64,000 bases of DNA, taken from NCBI GenBank assembly GCA_963702845.1, contig OY969763.1, forward strand, positions 1,248,001 through 1,312,000, given 5' to 3'. The notes under the pieces were generated by a model. That model searched no databases. It was not told where the DNA came from and saw nothing but the letters and a program-made list of their open reading frames with translations. Source of the DNA: an uncultured Verrucomicrobiae bacterium (GTDB taxonomy: Bacteria > Verrucomicrobiota > Verrucomicrobiia > Limisphaerales > Palsa-1400). This document shows, one piece after another, positions 10,642 to 21,675 of the stretch. Numbering within the stretch: the stretch's first letter is position 1; every line of letters begins with the position of its first letter. The translations under genes and the position numbers were made by a program.

Positions 10642-11658
10642 CTATAACAGACGCGACTGGTTGCCGCCCATTTTCAGGCCCAGTTTGCGATAGCTCAGTT
10701 CGGTGGCGACACGACCCTGTGATGTGCGGTTGAGGTAACCTTCCATGATTAGAAACGGCTCGTAGACTTCTTCGAGGGTGTCGGGTTCTTCGCCTACCGC
10801 GACTGCCAATGAACCGACTCCGACGGGGCCACCGCTGAATTTTGTAATGATGGTTTCGAGAATGCGTTTGTCCATTTCGTCGAGGCCATTTTGGTCGATG
10901 GCGAGCATGGCCAACGCCTTGTCGGCGATGTCACCGGTGATGTGGCCGTCGCCTTTGACTTGAGCGTAATCGCGGACGCGACGCAGAAGATTGTTGGCAA
11001 TGCGCGGCGTGCCGCGGCTGCGTCTCGCGATTTCTAACGCTCCCTTTTCGTCGATTTGGATGTTGAGGAGGTTGGCGGAGCGGGTGACGATTGTTTGGAG
11101 GTTGTCGGATTGATAATAGTTCAGGCGCTCGCGAATCGGAAAACGAGTGAGCAGGGGAGCCGTGAGCAAACCGCTGCGAGTCGTTGCTGCGACGAGCGTG
11201 AACTTCGGCAGGTTGAGACGAACGCTGCGAGCATTCGGGCCCTGGTCGATGATGATATCGAGTTTGAAATCCTCCATCGCGGGATAGAGGTATTCTTCGA
11301 TGGTCTTTTGCAAACGATGGATTTCATCGATGAAGAGAACGTCTCCTTCTTCGAGATTCGTCAGAAGTCCGGCGAGGTCACCGGCTTTCTCAATCGTCGG
11401 CCCGCTGGTGCACTTGATATTTGTACCCATCGCTTTGGCGATAATGTAGGCGAGGGTCGTTTTCCCGAGGCCGGGTGGACCGCTAAATAGGATATGGTCG
11501 ATGGCTTCGCCGCGTTGCTTGGCGGCTTGAACTGCAATTTCGAGGCGCTCTTTAACTTGCGGTTGGCCGGTGAAATCCGAGAAGAGCGACGGGCGCAGCG
11601 TCATTTCCAAAGCCGCATCGGGCTTGATAAGAACATCGGAAATGATTCGGTCGGCCAT
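10642..11658 (-). CDS. ruvB: Holliday junction branch migration helicase RuvB
   Basis: [43 protein letters not shown] and EPFL motifs. Confidence 0.98.
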   Translation of the reverse strand: MADRIISDVLIKPDAALEMTLRPSLFSDFTGQPQVKERLEIAVQAAKQRGEAIDHILFSGPPGLGKTTLAYIIAKAMGTNIKCTSGPTIEKAGDLAGLLTNLEEGDVLFIDEIHRLQKTIEEYLYPAMEDFKLDIIIDQGPNARSVRLNLPKFTLVAATTRSGLLTAPLLTRFPIRERLNYYQSDNLQTIVTRSANLLNIQIDEKGALEIARRSRGTPRIANNLLRRVRDYAQVKGDGHITGDIADKALAMLAIDQNGLDEMDKRILETIITKFSGGPVGVGSLAVAVGEEPDTLEEVYEPFLIMEGYLNRTSQGRVATELSYRKLGLKMGGNQSRLL

Positions 11659-11797
11659 TGAATGCAGCATGCGGGAAGTTGCCGCGAAGCGACAAGGAAA
11701 ATTGCTCTACGCTGCGTCGCGATTGCAAAAACGTATGACGTTACGGAGCGTTGTTGCCACTGGTCTTTCAACTCAAATCGGTTACTGTTCAGCGCCA

Positions 11798-12577
11798 ATG
11801 GATTTGAAGATAAAGCTGATTTCGACGGACTTCGATGGGACCCTTTTCGCAGAATTCGAAAACCCTCCAATTCCGGTTCATCTGCAAGAGTTAATTGCTG
11901 GTTTTCAGAAACGCGGTGGCAAATGGGTCATCAATACCGGTCGCGAAATGTCGAGCCTGATGGAAGCCTTAGCGCGAGCGCAGGTGAAAGTGAGGCCTGA
12001 TCACCTTGTTTTGGTGGAGCGCGAGATTTATCATCATCACGAGGCGCAATACGTTGAGCATCACTCGTGGAACGCGGAATGTAACCGCGCCCATGCCGAA
12101 CTCTTCACGCGCGTGCGGAAGGATGTTCCGCATTTGACGGACTGGGTGAACAAGCGTTTTGCAAACGCTACGATCTATGAGGATCTATACTCGCCATTCT
12201 GCTTTATTGCCGGCGCAACCAACCACGCGGAGCAAATCCACGAGTTTCTCGACGAGTATTGTAAAACGGTGCCGCACCTAGCGGTCGTCCGAAATGATGT
12301 TTACGCCCGATTCTCGCACGAGGCCTATAATAAAGGCACCGCTTTGGCGGAGTTAACCCGGCAATTGGGTATTCAGGCCGACGAAATCCTGGCGGCGGGG
12401 GATCATCTCAATGATATCCCAATGTTGAAGGGGCAATATGCGAAATGGCTCGTCGCGCCGTCCAATGCCATCGATGTGGTCAAAACAGCCGTCCGGAAGC
12501 AAAATGGGCACGTGAGCGAGCTGCACGCCGGTCACGGGGTGGCCGAGGGGATCGCGCGGTTCCTCGGTAACGGCTGA
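11798..12577 (+). CDS. HAD-superfamily subfamily IIB hydrolase
   Basis: DFDGTL, NTGR, NKG and GDHLNDIPML motifs. Confidence 0.88.
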   Translation: MDLKIKLISTDFDGTLFAEFENPPIPVHLQELIAGFQKRGGKWVINTGREMSSLMEALARAQVKVRPDHLVLVEREIYHHHEAQYVEHHSWNAECNRAHAELFTRVRKDVPHLTDWVNKRFANATIYEDLYSPFCFIAGATNHAEQIHEFLDEYCKTVPHLAVVRNDVYARFSHEAYNKGTALAELTRQLGIQADEILAAGDHLNDIPMLKGQYAKWLVAPSNAIDVVKTAVRKQNGHVSELHAGHGVAEGIARFLGNG

Positions 12578-12721
12578 GTATCAGCAGGAGAGATAATGTT
12601 GGGTTAAGTGGGTTAGTGATAAAATAAGAATGCCTTATACATTTGGGCGCCTTTCTTGACCGCTATCATCATTTTTGCCTAAGTCTTTTTGTGTCAATGG
12701 CCTACGTATTGGGTTCACTAT

Positions 12722-12750
12722 TTGACATTCTTATGCACGCCTGATAGTCT
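12722..12750 (+). promoter_or_regulatory. Sigma70-type promoter for the korAB operon
   Basis: TTGACA (12722-12727), 17-bp spacer, TAGTCT (12745-12750) with an extended -10 TG. Confidence 0.65.
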
Positions 12751-12853
12751 GCTAGTTGCAATCGCTGACCCATGTTTGGGTCGGGGTTGACCGCAGAAAA
12801 GGAGCCTGACTGAGCACGGCAAATTTCCCGCGGCAAAAATTTATAAAAACAAC

Positions 12854-14674
12854 ATGAGCGAATCTACAATTTCAGCCGCTGTTTCGAACGGCAACGGCTC
12901 GCCCCAGGTCTCGAAGATCACTGAGGCTGTTATCCGTTTCGCGGGCAACTCACAGGATGGTATTCAAGCCATCGGCGGTTTTCTGGCGCGGTTGGCCGGA
13001 CGCAGTGAACAGGAAGTCATGACTTTCATGACCATTCCGTCGACGATTTCAGGCGGTCCTTCCATCTTCCAGGTGCGCATTGGTTCTGGCGAAGTGCTCA
13101 GCGCCGGTGATGAAGCTGACGTGCTGTTTGCGTTTTATCAACATTCGTACGAGGACCACATCAATTCGTTGAAGAAGGGTGGCATCGTCGTCATTGATTC
13201 CGACCACGTCACCGCAAATCCGGAATTCGAAAAAGAATTCCGTCATGTGCCAATTCCGATTTCGAGCCGCACGATTGAAGCGATCGGTGGAACGGCGAAG
13301 GACAAAGGTAAAAACCTGTTCGCGCTGGGTCTGGTTGCGAAGATGTTCGATTTGAATTTGCCGAAAATTGAAAAGCTGATTTCGGAGCGTTTCACCGGCA
13401 AAGACGAAAGCGTGATGAAGAACGCGTTGATGGCGTTCCATGCCGGTTACGGTTTCTCGGTGGGGCATCTAATTCAAAGCTTCCAATTCGCGGAAGCGCA
13501 GAAGAAGGGCACGACGCAGGTCGTGATGAACGGCAACGAAGCGCTTGGTTTCGGCTTGATTGCCGCGGGCGTGCGTTTTGGCGCGGCTTATCCGATTACA
13601 CCATGGTCCGACATCATGGAATTGCTCCGCCGTGAGTTGCCGAAATACGGCGGCACCTTCGTCCAATGTGAAGATGAAATCGCGTCGATTTCGATGGCCA
13701 TTGGTGCAAGCTATTCAGGACGCGTGGCGGTGACGGGATCGAGCGGCCCTGGTATTGCGCTGAAAACCGAAGCAATCGGTTGGGCGGTCATGGCGGAAGT
13801 GCCGTTGATCGTCTGCAACGTTCAACGTGGCGGCCCGTCGACGGGTATGCCGACGAGCGTCGAACAATCTGATTTGAATCTGGCGGTATACGGTGGTCAC
13901 GGTGATTGCCCGCGCGTGGTTGTCGCGCCGACGAGCGTGAAGGATTGTTTCTACCTTGCGATCGAAGCGGTGAACATCGCGCGCAAATATAATGTGCCGG
14001 TCATCATTTTGAGCGATCAGGCAATTGCCACTCGCATTGAAGCTTTTGAAGAGCCGAAGCTGAAAGATCTCTGTCAGGATATCACGCCGGATTTATCGCC
14101 GGTCCAGGATTATGTCCCGTATAGCCTCGGCGGCGTCACAACGCGAGTTGTGCCGGGCACGCGCATCGAGAGCGGAAAATATCCGATTGCTACTGGTCTC
14201 GAACACGACGAAATGGGCCACCCGACCGGCTCCCCGAAACTGCACATGCAGATGACGGGTCGCCGTCGTATGAAACTGCAACGGCTCGCCGCTGAATTGC
14301 CGACGCCGCAAGTTTATGGGCCGCCTGAAGGTAATATCCTCTTGGTCGGTTGGGGTTCAACGCTCGGTCCGATTCGCGAAGCCGTGGATCGTGCTCGCGC
14401 CGCTGGTGACAGCGTTTCGTCGTTGCACATTCGCAACATCAGCCCGCTGCCGAATGGCCTCGAAAATGTTTTCGCAGGGTTCAACAATGTGTTCGTCGTT
14501 GAGATGAACGACGAAGGTTTGTATGGCTATGGCCAGCTCTGCGGATTGCTGCGTGCGCGCTTCTGCGATCCGAAGATTCGCGGGCTCACCAAGACCGATG
14601 GTTTAACCTTCCGCGTGCGCGAAATTCTCGAGCGCGTGAAGACCGACGTTGCGACTGGTTTGCGCAAAATGTAA
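12854..14674 (+). CDS. korA: 2-oxoacid:ferredoxin oxidoreductase alpha subunit
   Basis: YPITP, QCEDEIAS, SSGPG, QRGGPSTGMPT and VGWGST motifs. Confidence 0.93.
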   Translation: MSESTISAAVSNGNGSPQVSKITEAVIRFAGNSQDGIQAIGGFLARLAGRSEQEVMTFMTIPSTISGGPSIFQVRIGSGEVLSAGDEADVLFAFYQHSYEDHINSLKKGGIVVIDSDHVTANPEFEKEFRHVPIPISSRTIEAIGGTAKDKGKNLFALGLVAKMFDLNLPKIEKLISERFTGKDESVMKNALMAFHAGYGFSVGHLIQSFQFAEAQKKGTTQVVMNGNEALGFGLIAAGVRFGAAYPITPWSDIMELLRRELPKYGGTFVQCEDEIASISMAIGASYSGRVAVTGSSGPGIALKTEAIGWAVMAEVPLIVCNVQRGGPSTGMPTSVEQSDLNLAVYGGHGDCPRVVVAPTSVKDCFYLAIEAVNIARKYNVPVIILSDQAIATRIEAFEEPKLKDLCQDITPDLSPVQDYVPYSLGGVTTRVVPGTRIESGKYPIATGLEHDEMGHPTGSPKLHMQMTGRRRMKLQRLAAELPTPQVYGPPEGNILLVGWGSTLGPIREAVDRARAAGDSVSSLHIRNISPLPNGLENVFAGFNNVFVVEMNDEGLYGYGQLCGLLRARFCDPKIRGLTKTDGLTFRVREILERVKTDVATGLRKM

Positions 14675-14693
14675 CAACAAATTTCGTACTTAT

Positions 14694-15650
14694 ATGAGTG
14701 AACAAACAATTGGAATTCCTGCCCGTGGCAACATCACGGCGCCGGTCACGACTCCAGCCACTGTCCTGCCGGCCGGTGAGCGCAAGGGTTTGACCAAAAA
14801 AGAAATCGCTGCCGACCATCCGACGTGGTGCCCTGGCTGCGGTGACTTCTCCGTTCTCGCGCTTTATTTCAAGCTGATTGAAAAGCGCAAGATATGGCAT
14901 GAAAAAATCACGACGGTTGCCGGCATCGGTTGCTCGAGCCGTTTTCCGTATTTCGTGCAAGCGCATGGTGCCCACTACATCCACGGTCGCGCATTGCCGT
15001 TTGCCAGTGGTGTTTCGCTGAGCCGGCCTGACCTGCACGTGTTCGTGTTCGGTGGTGACGGCGATGCTTTCTCGATCGGTGGCAATCACGTCAATCACAC
15101 CGCGCGTAAGAACATCAAAATGACTTACGTGATCATGGACAACTGGGTCTACGGCTTGACGAAGAAACAGACTTCGCCAACGTCGCCGCTCGGTTTCAAG
15201 AGTAAGACGGATATTTGGGGCGCGGTTGATCAACCGATCAATCCGATGAAGCAATTGATCTCCGCTGGTGCAACGTTCGTCGCCCGCGCGACGCACACCA
15301 ATCCAAACCATCTGTTGCAAATGATGGAAGCGGCCATGGATCACGACGGCTTCAGCGTCATTGAATGCTTGAGCGAATGCGTTGAGTTTTACGAAGGCGC
15401 GTTCGATGCATCGAACCCGCGCAAAGGCGGCAAGTTTGAAACCGTTCCCGCTGACCATGACGTCACAGACGAGGTCGCGGCTTATAAGCTGGCCGACGCA
15501 AAGTTCCCCGGTTACTTCGGCATTTTCTACAAGAACAATCGCCCGACAAAAAATGCGCTCGAAGCGAAACTGAATGCGACCTTCCAAGAGAAGGTGAAGG
15601 GCAAACAGGATTGGGAAATTCTGCAGGCGTCATTCAGCCGTATGAAATAG
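14694..15650 (+). CDS. korB: 2-oxoacid:ferredoxin oxidoreductase beta subunit (TPP-binding)
   Basis: WCPGCGD, GIGCS, HGRALP, GGDGD...GGNH and YGLTK motifs. Confidence 0.93.
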   Translation: MSEQTIGIPARGNITAPVTTPATVLPAGERKGLTKKEIAADHPTWCPGCGDFSVLALYFKLIEKRKIWHEKITTVAGIGCSSRFPYFVQAHGAHYIHGRALPFASGVSLSRPDLHVFVFGGDGDAFSIGGNHVNHTARKNIKMTYVIMDNWVYGLTKKQTSPTSPLGFKSKTDIWGAVDQPINPMKQLISAGATFVARATHTNPNHLLQMMEAAMDHDGFSVIECLSECVEFYEGAFDASNPRKGGKFETVPADHDVTDEVAAYKLADAKFPGYFGIFYKNNRPTKNALEAKLNATFQEKVKGKQDWEILQASFSRMK

Positions 15651-15727
15651 GGCGCTAACCTATTTACTGGCCGCGCTTGCGGCTTTACGATTTTGGCGAG
15701 TGTTGGAAACGACGCTCGCCAAATTTT

Positions 15728-16225
15728 ATGCCGATATACGAATTTGCCTGTCCTGATTGCCGGAAGATTTTCAGTTTTCTTTCGAAGACGATGAATCCGT
15801 CGCGGATGCCCACGTGCCCGAAGTGCGGCAACAAAAAGTTGGTCAAACAGCTCAGCACTTTTGCGATGACGCACGGCGGTAAAGAGTCCACTGGCGAAGC
15901 TGAAGGCGTCGGATCGATGCCGGAGTTGGATGATCCACGTGTCGAACGCGCGATGTCCGAGCTCGAACGCGACATGGAACATATGGATGAAAATAATCCG
16001 CGACACATGGCGCATCTGATGAAGAAGATGAAAGAGGTGATGCCGCCGGGGACGATGCCCAAGGAAATGGACATCGCGATTAAGCGGCTGGAAGCGGGCG
16101 AAGACCCGGAGAAGATCGAGGCGGATATGGGCGATGTGTTTGGCGATCTTCTCGATAGTGAAGTAGGCCAGGCCGGAGGAGCAGGGAGCTCCTACTCTCG
16201 CGACAGCGGGTTGTATGACTATTAG
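15728..16225 (+). CDS. FmdB-family zinc ribbon protein
   Basis: MPIYEFACPDC...CPKCG. Confidence 0.88.
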   Translation: MPIYEFACPDCRKIFSFLSKTMNPSRMPTCPKCGNKKLVKQLSTFAMTHGGKESTGEAEGVGSMPELDDPRVERAMSELERDMEHMDENNPRHMAHLMKKMKEVMPPGTMPKEMDIAIKRLEAGEDPEKIEADMGDVFGDLLDSEVGQAGGAGSSYSRDSGLYDY

Positions 16226-16235
16226 TTAATTATCC

Positions 16236-17600
16236 TCAATACTGCGGCGTGCCGGGGACGACGTTAGCGCGATGTTTTTCCCCTTCGGCGTTCAGTTCGG
16301 CGATAACGTCGGGATGTTGCGCGGCAATGTCGAATTTTTCGCCGGGATCCTCTTCGACGTTGTAGAGAATCGGCGTTTCGTGTTTCACCGGTTTTTCTTT
16401 GGCGTAACCAGGCCAGGTGATGAAGTGGGCTTTAAATGGACCTTTGCGCACGGCGTAGAGTTCGCTGCCGTTGTAGTAAAACATGACCTTGCGTTGATTT
16501 GGTCCATTGCCGAATAGAAATCCGCTCATGTCAAAGCCATCGTAAGGACGGTCAATCGGCATTTGCGTGCCGGCAAGGTTCATAATCGTGGGAAACAGGT
16601 CGAGACTCGACGCGAGTTCGTGCGTGACGATGCCGGGTTTGATGTGCTTCGGCCACCACGCAATGCCGGGTTCGCGCATGCCACCTTCATAGCTGCTGCC
16701 TTTACCATCACGCAATGGACCAGCGGAGCCGCCCGCGAGATCTTTGATTAACCATGGACCGTTGTCGCTCGTGAAAAAGACGAACGTGTTGTCGACCAGT
16801 TTTTCTTTGCGCAACGTTTCGAGAATCTGGCCCACGCTCCAGTCGAGTTCCTCGACAGCATCACCGTAGATTCCGCGCTGGCTTTTGCCGCTGAATTTCT
16901 CGGAAGCGAACAATGGGACGTGCGGATACGTGTGTGCGAAGTAGAGGAAGAACGGTTTCTTCTTGCTGTCCTTGATGAAGTGAATTGCTTCTTCCGTGTA
17001 ACGTCGGGTGAGTTGATTGAGCTGTGTTGGTTGCTCGATGATTTTATCGTCACGGAAAAGGGTAGGGTTCCACCATTCCTGTTTCGGATGCAAACTGGCC
17101 GTTGCGTTCCTGGGAATGCCTTCATTCGGTTCCATGTCATTGGAGTAACGCAGACCAAACCAATGATCAAAACCGCGGTGACACGGAAGATATTGCGGTT
17201 CATGGCCGAGGTGCCATTTGCCGATGCATTGTGTCGTGTAACCTTGGGGTTTTAGCGCTTGTGCGATCGTGATTTCATTGTCGGGCAGGCCACGTTTGGA
17301 ATCGCGCATGATGACACGCTTTTGCGGCCCACCGGCCATGCCGCTCCGAATCGGTAAACGCCCGGTGATGAGTGCCGCACGACTCGGCGTGCAGACGGTG
17401 GCGGCAACATAGAAATCCGTGAATCGCATTCCTTCGGTAGCCATGCGATCGAGGTTCGGAGTGCGAATGGTTGGATGTCCGTAACAGCTCAAATCGCCGT
17501 AACCAAGATCATCCGCGAGAATGATAATAATGTTCGGTTGCTTGGCTGCGAACGTAACAAAGCCGGTCAACAGAAAGGCAAGCAGGAGGAGTCGTTTCAT
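16236..17600 (-). CDS. Arylsulfatase A-like sulfatase
   Basis: ILADDLGYGD, CTPSR formylglycine motif, GKWHLG and SDNG. Confidence 0.95.
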   Translation of the reverse strand: MKRLLLLAFLLTGFVTFAAKQPNIIIILADDLGYGDLSCYGHPTIRTPNLDRMATEGMRFTDFYVAATVCTPSRAALITGRLPIRSGMAGGPQKRVIMRDSKRGLPDNEITIAQALKPQGYTTQCIGKWHLGHEPQYLPCHRGFDHWFGLRYSNDMEPNEGIPRNATASLHPKQEWWNPTLFRDDKIIEQPTQLNQLTRRYTEEAIHFIKDSKKKPFFLYFAHTYPHVPLFASEKFSGKSQRGIYGDAVEELDWSVGQILETLRKEKLVDNTFVFFTSDNGPWLIKDLAGGSAGPLRDGKGSSYEGGMREPGIAWWPKHIKPGIVTHELASSLDLFPTIMNLAGTQMPIDRPYDGFDMSGFLFGNGPNQRKVMFYYNGSELYAVRKGPFKAHFITWPGYAKEKPVKHETPILYNVEEDPGEKFDIAAQHPDVIAELNAEGEKHRANVVPGTPQY

Positions 17601-17690
17601 TCGCAATAATGGATACAGTCTTCCGCAGAACCGTCCAGCAAATTGCTTTTTGTAACCTGATGTAGCGGTGGGCGGTCTGGATAAACGACC

Positions 17691-19205
17691 ATGATATTTC
17701 GAAATTGGCGTTGCGGGATGCTTGTAGCGGCAGTTCTACTCGCTCAATTCTCTGCACATTGTGCCGAGCAAAAATTGAACGTGCTGTTCATCGCGATCGA
17801 CGACTTGCGGCCGCAACTCGGATGTTACGGCGTAAAAGATATCAAGACGCCGAACCTCGATGCATTTGCCAAAGGCGGTTTGTTGTTTAATCGCGCCTAT
17901 TGCCAACAGGCGGTTTGTTCGCCGTCACGGACATCGCTGCTGACCGGACGGCGACCGGACACCACGAAGATCTACAATTTGGAGGATCATTTTCGCGATA
18001 CGATCCCGGACGTGGTGACCTTGCCGCAGCATTTCAAAAACAACGGATATTTCTGCCAATCGTTCGGCAAGATTTTCCACGACGGATTGGACGATCCCAA
18101 ATCGTGGAGCGCCCCATCAATGGCTGCAACCAGTCATGAAATCGAATTGGAAGATGGCCGTTTCATCACCCGCGACGTGCGGACTGCAACCTATCCGCCA
18201 TACATATTAGCCGCAAACACGTCGGCACAGCAGCAGGCGAAACAGGACCTTACGCAACAGCGAAAGGATGCCAAAGCCAAACTTTCGCCGTGGTCAGCGC
18301 CCGACGTCGGCGACGAAGACCTCAGTGATGGACAAATTGCTGCTCGCGCTATTGAAGTCATGAAAGCGCACAAGGATGGTCCATTTTTCCTCGCCGTCGG
18401 TTTTCGCAAGCCCCATCTGCCCTTTGATGCGCCAAAAAAATATTACGACATGTATCGGCTCGAAGGCATGAAGCTCGCCGCAAATCCATATCCGCCAAAG
18501 GACGTTTTCGAGCCCGCGATGATCAATTGGGGCGAGTTGCGCGGTTACAAAGGGATGCCCAAGGAAGGTCCGCTGACCGAGCGACAGTCGCGCGAACTGA
18601 TTCGCGGTTACTACGCGTCGACCAGTTACATCGACGCCCAAATCGCCCGCGTGCTGGAAGCGTTGGAACGACTGGGCTTGCGCGACAATACCATTGTGAT
18701 TATCTGGGGCGATCATGGTTGGCAATTGGGCGAGCACGGGATGTGGTGCAAGCACACCTGTTTCGAAACATCCACGCACACTCTTCTGATGCTGAGCGTG
18801 CCGCACCAAAAACATCGCGGCGCAAAGAGCGATGCTCTCGTCGAGTTTGTCGACGTTTATCCAACGCTCTGTGACCTTGCCGGACTCAAACAGACTGTTG
18901 GATTGGAAGGCACAAGTTTCGCGCCACTTCTGAATAACCCAAAACGGCCATGGAAAACCGCTGCCTTCAGCCAATATCCGCGCGGATGGTTGATGGGATA
19001 TGCAATGCGGACTGACCGGTATCGCTACGTCGAATGGGTGAGCCGTAAAAATACATCAAGAGTAGAGGGCAGGGAACTATACGATCACAAAACCGATCCC
19101 GACGAAAATGTGAATATCGCCAACCATCCGGAGAATGAGGAACTTATCGTCAAATTGAGTAAGCAGCTAAAAGCCGGTTGGCACTCGGCGCTGCCGAAGC
19201 AATGA
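17691..19205 (+). CDS. Sulfatase (iduronate-2-sulfatase-like)
   Basis: IAIDDLRP, CSPSR, GKIFH, KPHLPF and GDHG. Confidence 0.93.
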   Translation: MIFRNWRCGMLVAAVLLAQFSAHCAEQKLNVLFIAIDDLRPQLGCYGVKDIKTPNLDAFAKGGLLFNRAYCQQAVCSPSRTSLLTGRRPDTTKIYNLEDHFRDTIPDVVTLPQHFKNNGYFCQSFGKIFHDGLDDPKSWSAPSMAATSHEIELEDGRFITRDVRTATYPPYILAANTSAQQQAKQDLTQQRKDAKAKLSPWSAPDVGDEDLSDGQIAARAIEVMKAHKDGPFFLAVGFRKPHLPFDAPKKYYDMYRLEGMKLAANPYPPKDVFEPAMINWGELRGYKGMPKEGPLTERQSRELIRGYYASTSYIDAQIARVLEALERLGLRDNTIVIIWGDHGWQLGEHGMWCKHTCFETSTHTLLMLSVPHQKHRGAKSDALVEFVDVYPTLCDLAGLKQTVGLEGTSFAPLLNNPKRPWKTAAFSQYPRGWLMGYAMRTDRYRYVEWVSRKNTSRVEGRELYDHKTDPDENVNIANHPENEELIVKLSKQLKAGWHSALPKQ

Positions 19206-19209
19206 AGCT

Positions 19210-19629
19210 TCAGATATAATACATCTTCCCTTTAGCAGCCGATTGTTCGACGAGCTGCTGAAAGTTGATGGCATCAGCGGCGTCGTTGAGAGATTTCTGC
19301 AATGTTTCCCAGGCCCGACGCAGCTCAGTTGGGCAATCGGCATCACTGAGTGCCGTCGAATCAAAGACCTGCCCATGAATACAGCGCAGCACATCGCCCA
19401 TTGTAATTTCCACCGGTGGACGCGCGAGTAGATACCCGCCTTCCTTGCCGCGAACGCTTTTCACAACGTGCGCCGATTTCAATTCGATCAAAATCTGCAC
19501 GAGATAATTCGACGGAATTCCCTGGTCTGACGCCATTTCCTCAACGCGATGGGCGGCCTTGTCCGTATAATGCTGCGCGAGCCAGAAGACGGCGCGGACG
19601 GCGTAGTCGCTTTTTACGGACAATTTCAC
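19210..19629 (-). CDS. Rrf2-family transcriptional regulator (CymR-like)
   Basis: DYAVRA, YLVQIL and SVRGKEGGY; C-terminal MYYI; no three-Cys Fe-S motif. Confidence 0.9.
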   Translation of the reverse strand: MKLSVKSDYAVRAVFWLAQHYTDKAAHRVEEMASDQGIPSNYLVQILIELKSAHVVKSVRGKEGGYLLARPPVEITMGDVLRCIHGQVFDSTALSDADCPTELRRAWETLQKSLNDAADAINFQQLVEQSAAKGKMYYI

Positions 19630-19904
19630 GCGCCAATAATTAGGTGTGAAAGTCGCTGGCGCAATCCAGAAACGCGGTTATAGTGCGCGGCTTTTGGTCT
19701 GCAAGCGTCGGAACCGCAAACTTTTTTCAAAAAGTTTTGAACATTTCTCGGCGGATTTGTCCAACTGGTGTTGCGTCTTTAAAGACTCAGTAGGGCTTGT
19801 GTTTAGCCAATGCTGAGGGTAGACAGTCAGATTCTCGAAAATGCCTGAGCTGACGCTCAGTGCCAAAACCGACCCGGCAACTGCGGGTCATCGGAGCAAC
19901 TGAA

Positions 19905-20861
19905 ATGATTAGAGTTGAGAACTTAACGAAACATTTCGGCCCAAAGGTGGCCGTCAACAGCCTTTCGTTCACCGTCGAACGCGGTGAGGTGCTCGGCTTT
20001 CTCGGGCCCAACGGCGCCGGAAAGTCCACCACCATGCGAATGGTTACCGGCTTCATCCCTCCGACCGGTGGCAAAGTCACCGTCGGCGGCTTTGACATGG
20101 TCGAGAATCCAATTCCGGCCAAGCGCCTGATCGGCTATCTGCCGGAAAATGCGCCGTGCTACGCCGACATGACCGTCGAAGGCTTCCTCGGTTTTGCCGC
20201 CGAACTTCGCGGTTTCCGCAAAGACGCAAAAGTTAAAGCGGTCAATCGCGCGATCGAAATGTGCTTCCTCGAGAACGTGCGCTATCAAAGCGTCGAAACG
20301 CTCTCCAAAGGTTATCGCCACCGCACCTGTTTCGCTCAATCGATCATTCACGATCCCGAAGTTCTCATTCTCGACGAACCGACGGACGGCCTCGACCCCA
20401 ATCAAAAGCATGAAGTGCGCAGTTTGATCCGTCGCATGGGCGAGAAGAAAGCCATCATTTTCTCAACGCACATTTTGGAAGAAGTGGATGCGGTTTGTTC
20501 GCGCGCGATTATCATCGATCGCGGCCAGATCGTCGCCAACGGCACGCCTTCAGAACTTCGGCAGAAGTCCGAATACTCGGGCGCGGTGTTGGTCGTGGCA
20601 AGTGGCGTCAGCGGTGGTCAACTGGCCGATCGTCTGGCACAAGTCCCGAATGCGCGGCGCGCTGCGATCGTCAAGGAAGACCACGGCAAAACGTGGGTCC
20701 GCGTTTATCCAAAATCTGATACCCGTAATGGCGACCTGGCCCGCAATATCATGGCCGCTGCTAATTGCTGGCAAGTTGAAGAGCTTCACACCGAAGAAGG
20801 CCGGTTGGACGAAGTTTTCCGTAGCATCACCCTGCCTGACACCTCGGAGGCAAAGAAATGA
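19905..20861 (+). CDS. ABC transporter ATP-binding protein, GldA-like
   Basis: GPNGAGKS, LSKGY and ILDEPT; first gene of a GldA/F/G-type operon. Confidence 0.92.
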   Translation: MIRVENLTKHFGPKVAVNSLSFTVERGEVLGFLGPNGAGKSTTMRMVTGFIPPTGGKVTVGGFDMVENPIPAKRLIGYLPENAPCYADMTVEGFLGFAAELRGFRKDAKVKAVNRAIEMCFLENVRYQSVETLSKGYRHRTCFAQSIIHDPEVLILDEPTDGLDPNQKHEVRSLIRRMGEKKAIIFSTHILEEVDAVCSRAIIIDRGQIVANGTPSELRQKSEYSGAVLVVASGVSGGQLADRLAQVPNARRAAIVKEDHGKTWVRVYPKSDTRNGDLARNIMAAANCWQVEELHTEEGRLDEVFRSITLPDTSEAKK

Positions 20862-21604
20862 ATTCCTGCGCGAACATCCGCACCATAACTAAACGCGAAC
20901 TTGCGGCATATTTTACGTCGCCGCTCGCCTACGTCGTCATCGTTATCTTCCTGCTGTTGATGGGGTTTTTCACCTTCATGGCGGGCGGATTTTTTGAAGC
21001 CGGCCAGGCCACTTTGGATTCATTCTTCCGTTGGCATCCGTGGCTGTATCTCGTTTTGGTGCCTGCAATCGGCATGCGACTTTGGGCGGAAGAACGTCGC
21101 GTTGGCACGTTGGAATTATTGCTCACGATGCCAATTACTCCGTGGCAAGCGATCGTCGGAAAGTTCCTCGCGTCGTGGATATTTCTCGCAATCGTGCTGT
21201 TGCTGACGTTGCCGATTGTCATCACCGTCAATTGGCTCGGTGCGCCGGATAATGGCGTCATAATTGCGGCATATGTCGGCAGCTTTTTGATGGCTGGCGC
21301 ATATCTGGCGATCAGTTGTCTGACCTCTGCGCATCACGCGCAATCAGGTCATCAGCTTTATTATTGCTGTCGTCGCGTGCTTGTTGTTGGTGCTTGTGCG
21401 GATTCCCGCCAGTGACCGCGATTCTTTAGCCGCATGGATAGCCATTGGCTAATGGACACCGTCGCCGGTTTCAGTTCCTTGACCCACTTCGAAGGATTCA
21501 TGAAGGGCATCCTCGATTCGCGCGACGTAATCTACTTCTGCTCGATCATCGTCTTCGCGTTGTTCAGCACGGGAGTGATTATTCGCGGTCAACGCGCCGG
21601 ATAA
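20858..21604 (+). pseudogene. ABC-2 permease, GldF-like, with about 3 apparent +1 indels (probably assembly errors)
   Basis: Intact to ISCLTSA. The expected continuation (ITRNQVISFI...LTHFEGFMKGILDSRDVIYF...) lies in shifted frames up to TAA 21602-21604. Confidence 0.8.
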
Positions 21605-21607
21605 AAG

Positions 21608-21634
21608 GTAGGGCGCGTCGCTCCGCGCGCGCCG
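21608..21634 (+). repeat. GTAG-type REP-like palindrome
   Basis: GTAG-GGCGCG-tcgctccgcg-CGCGCC. A related inverted copy lies at 10621-10642. Confidence 0.55.
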
Positions 21635-21675
21635 TAAAATAAAATTTGAAATCTGAAATCTGAAATTTTCATCCA

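Noticed and set aside
14586..15587. Long antisense ORFs (also 43698..44699 and 59059..60012)
   Set aside because: Shadows of strongly codon-biased genes on the opposite strand, with no motifs.
19780..19805. Rrf2 operator TAAAGAC...GTGTTTA
   Set aside because: The dyad is too weak to support without comparative data.
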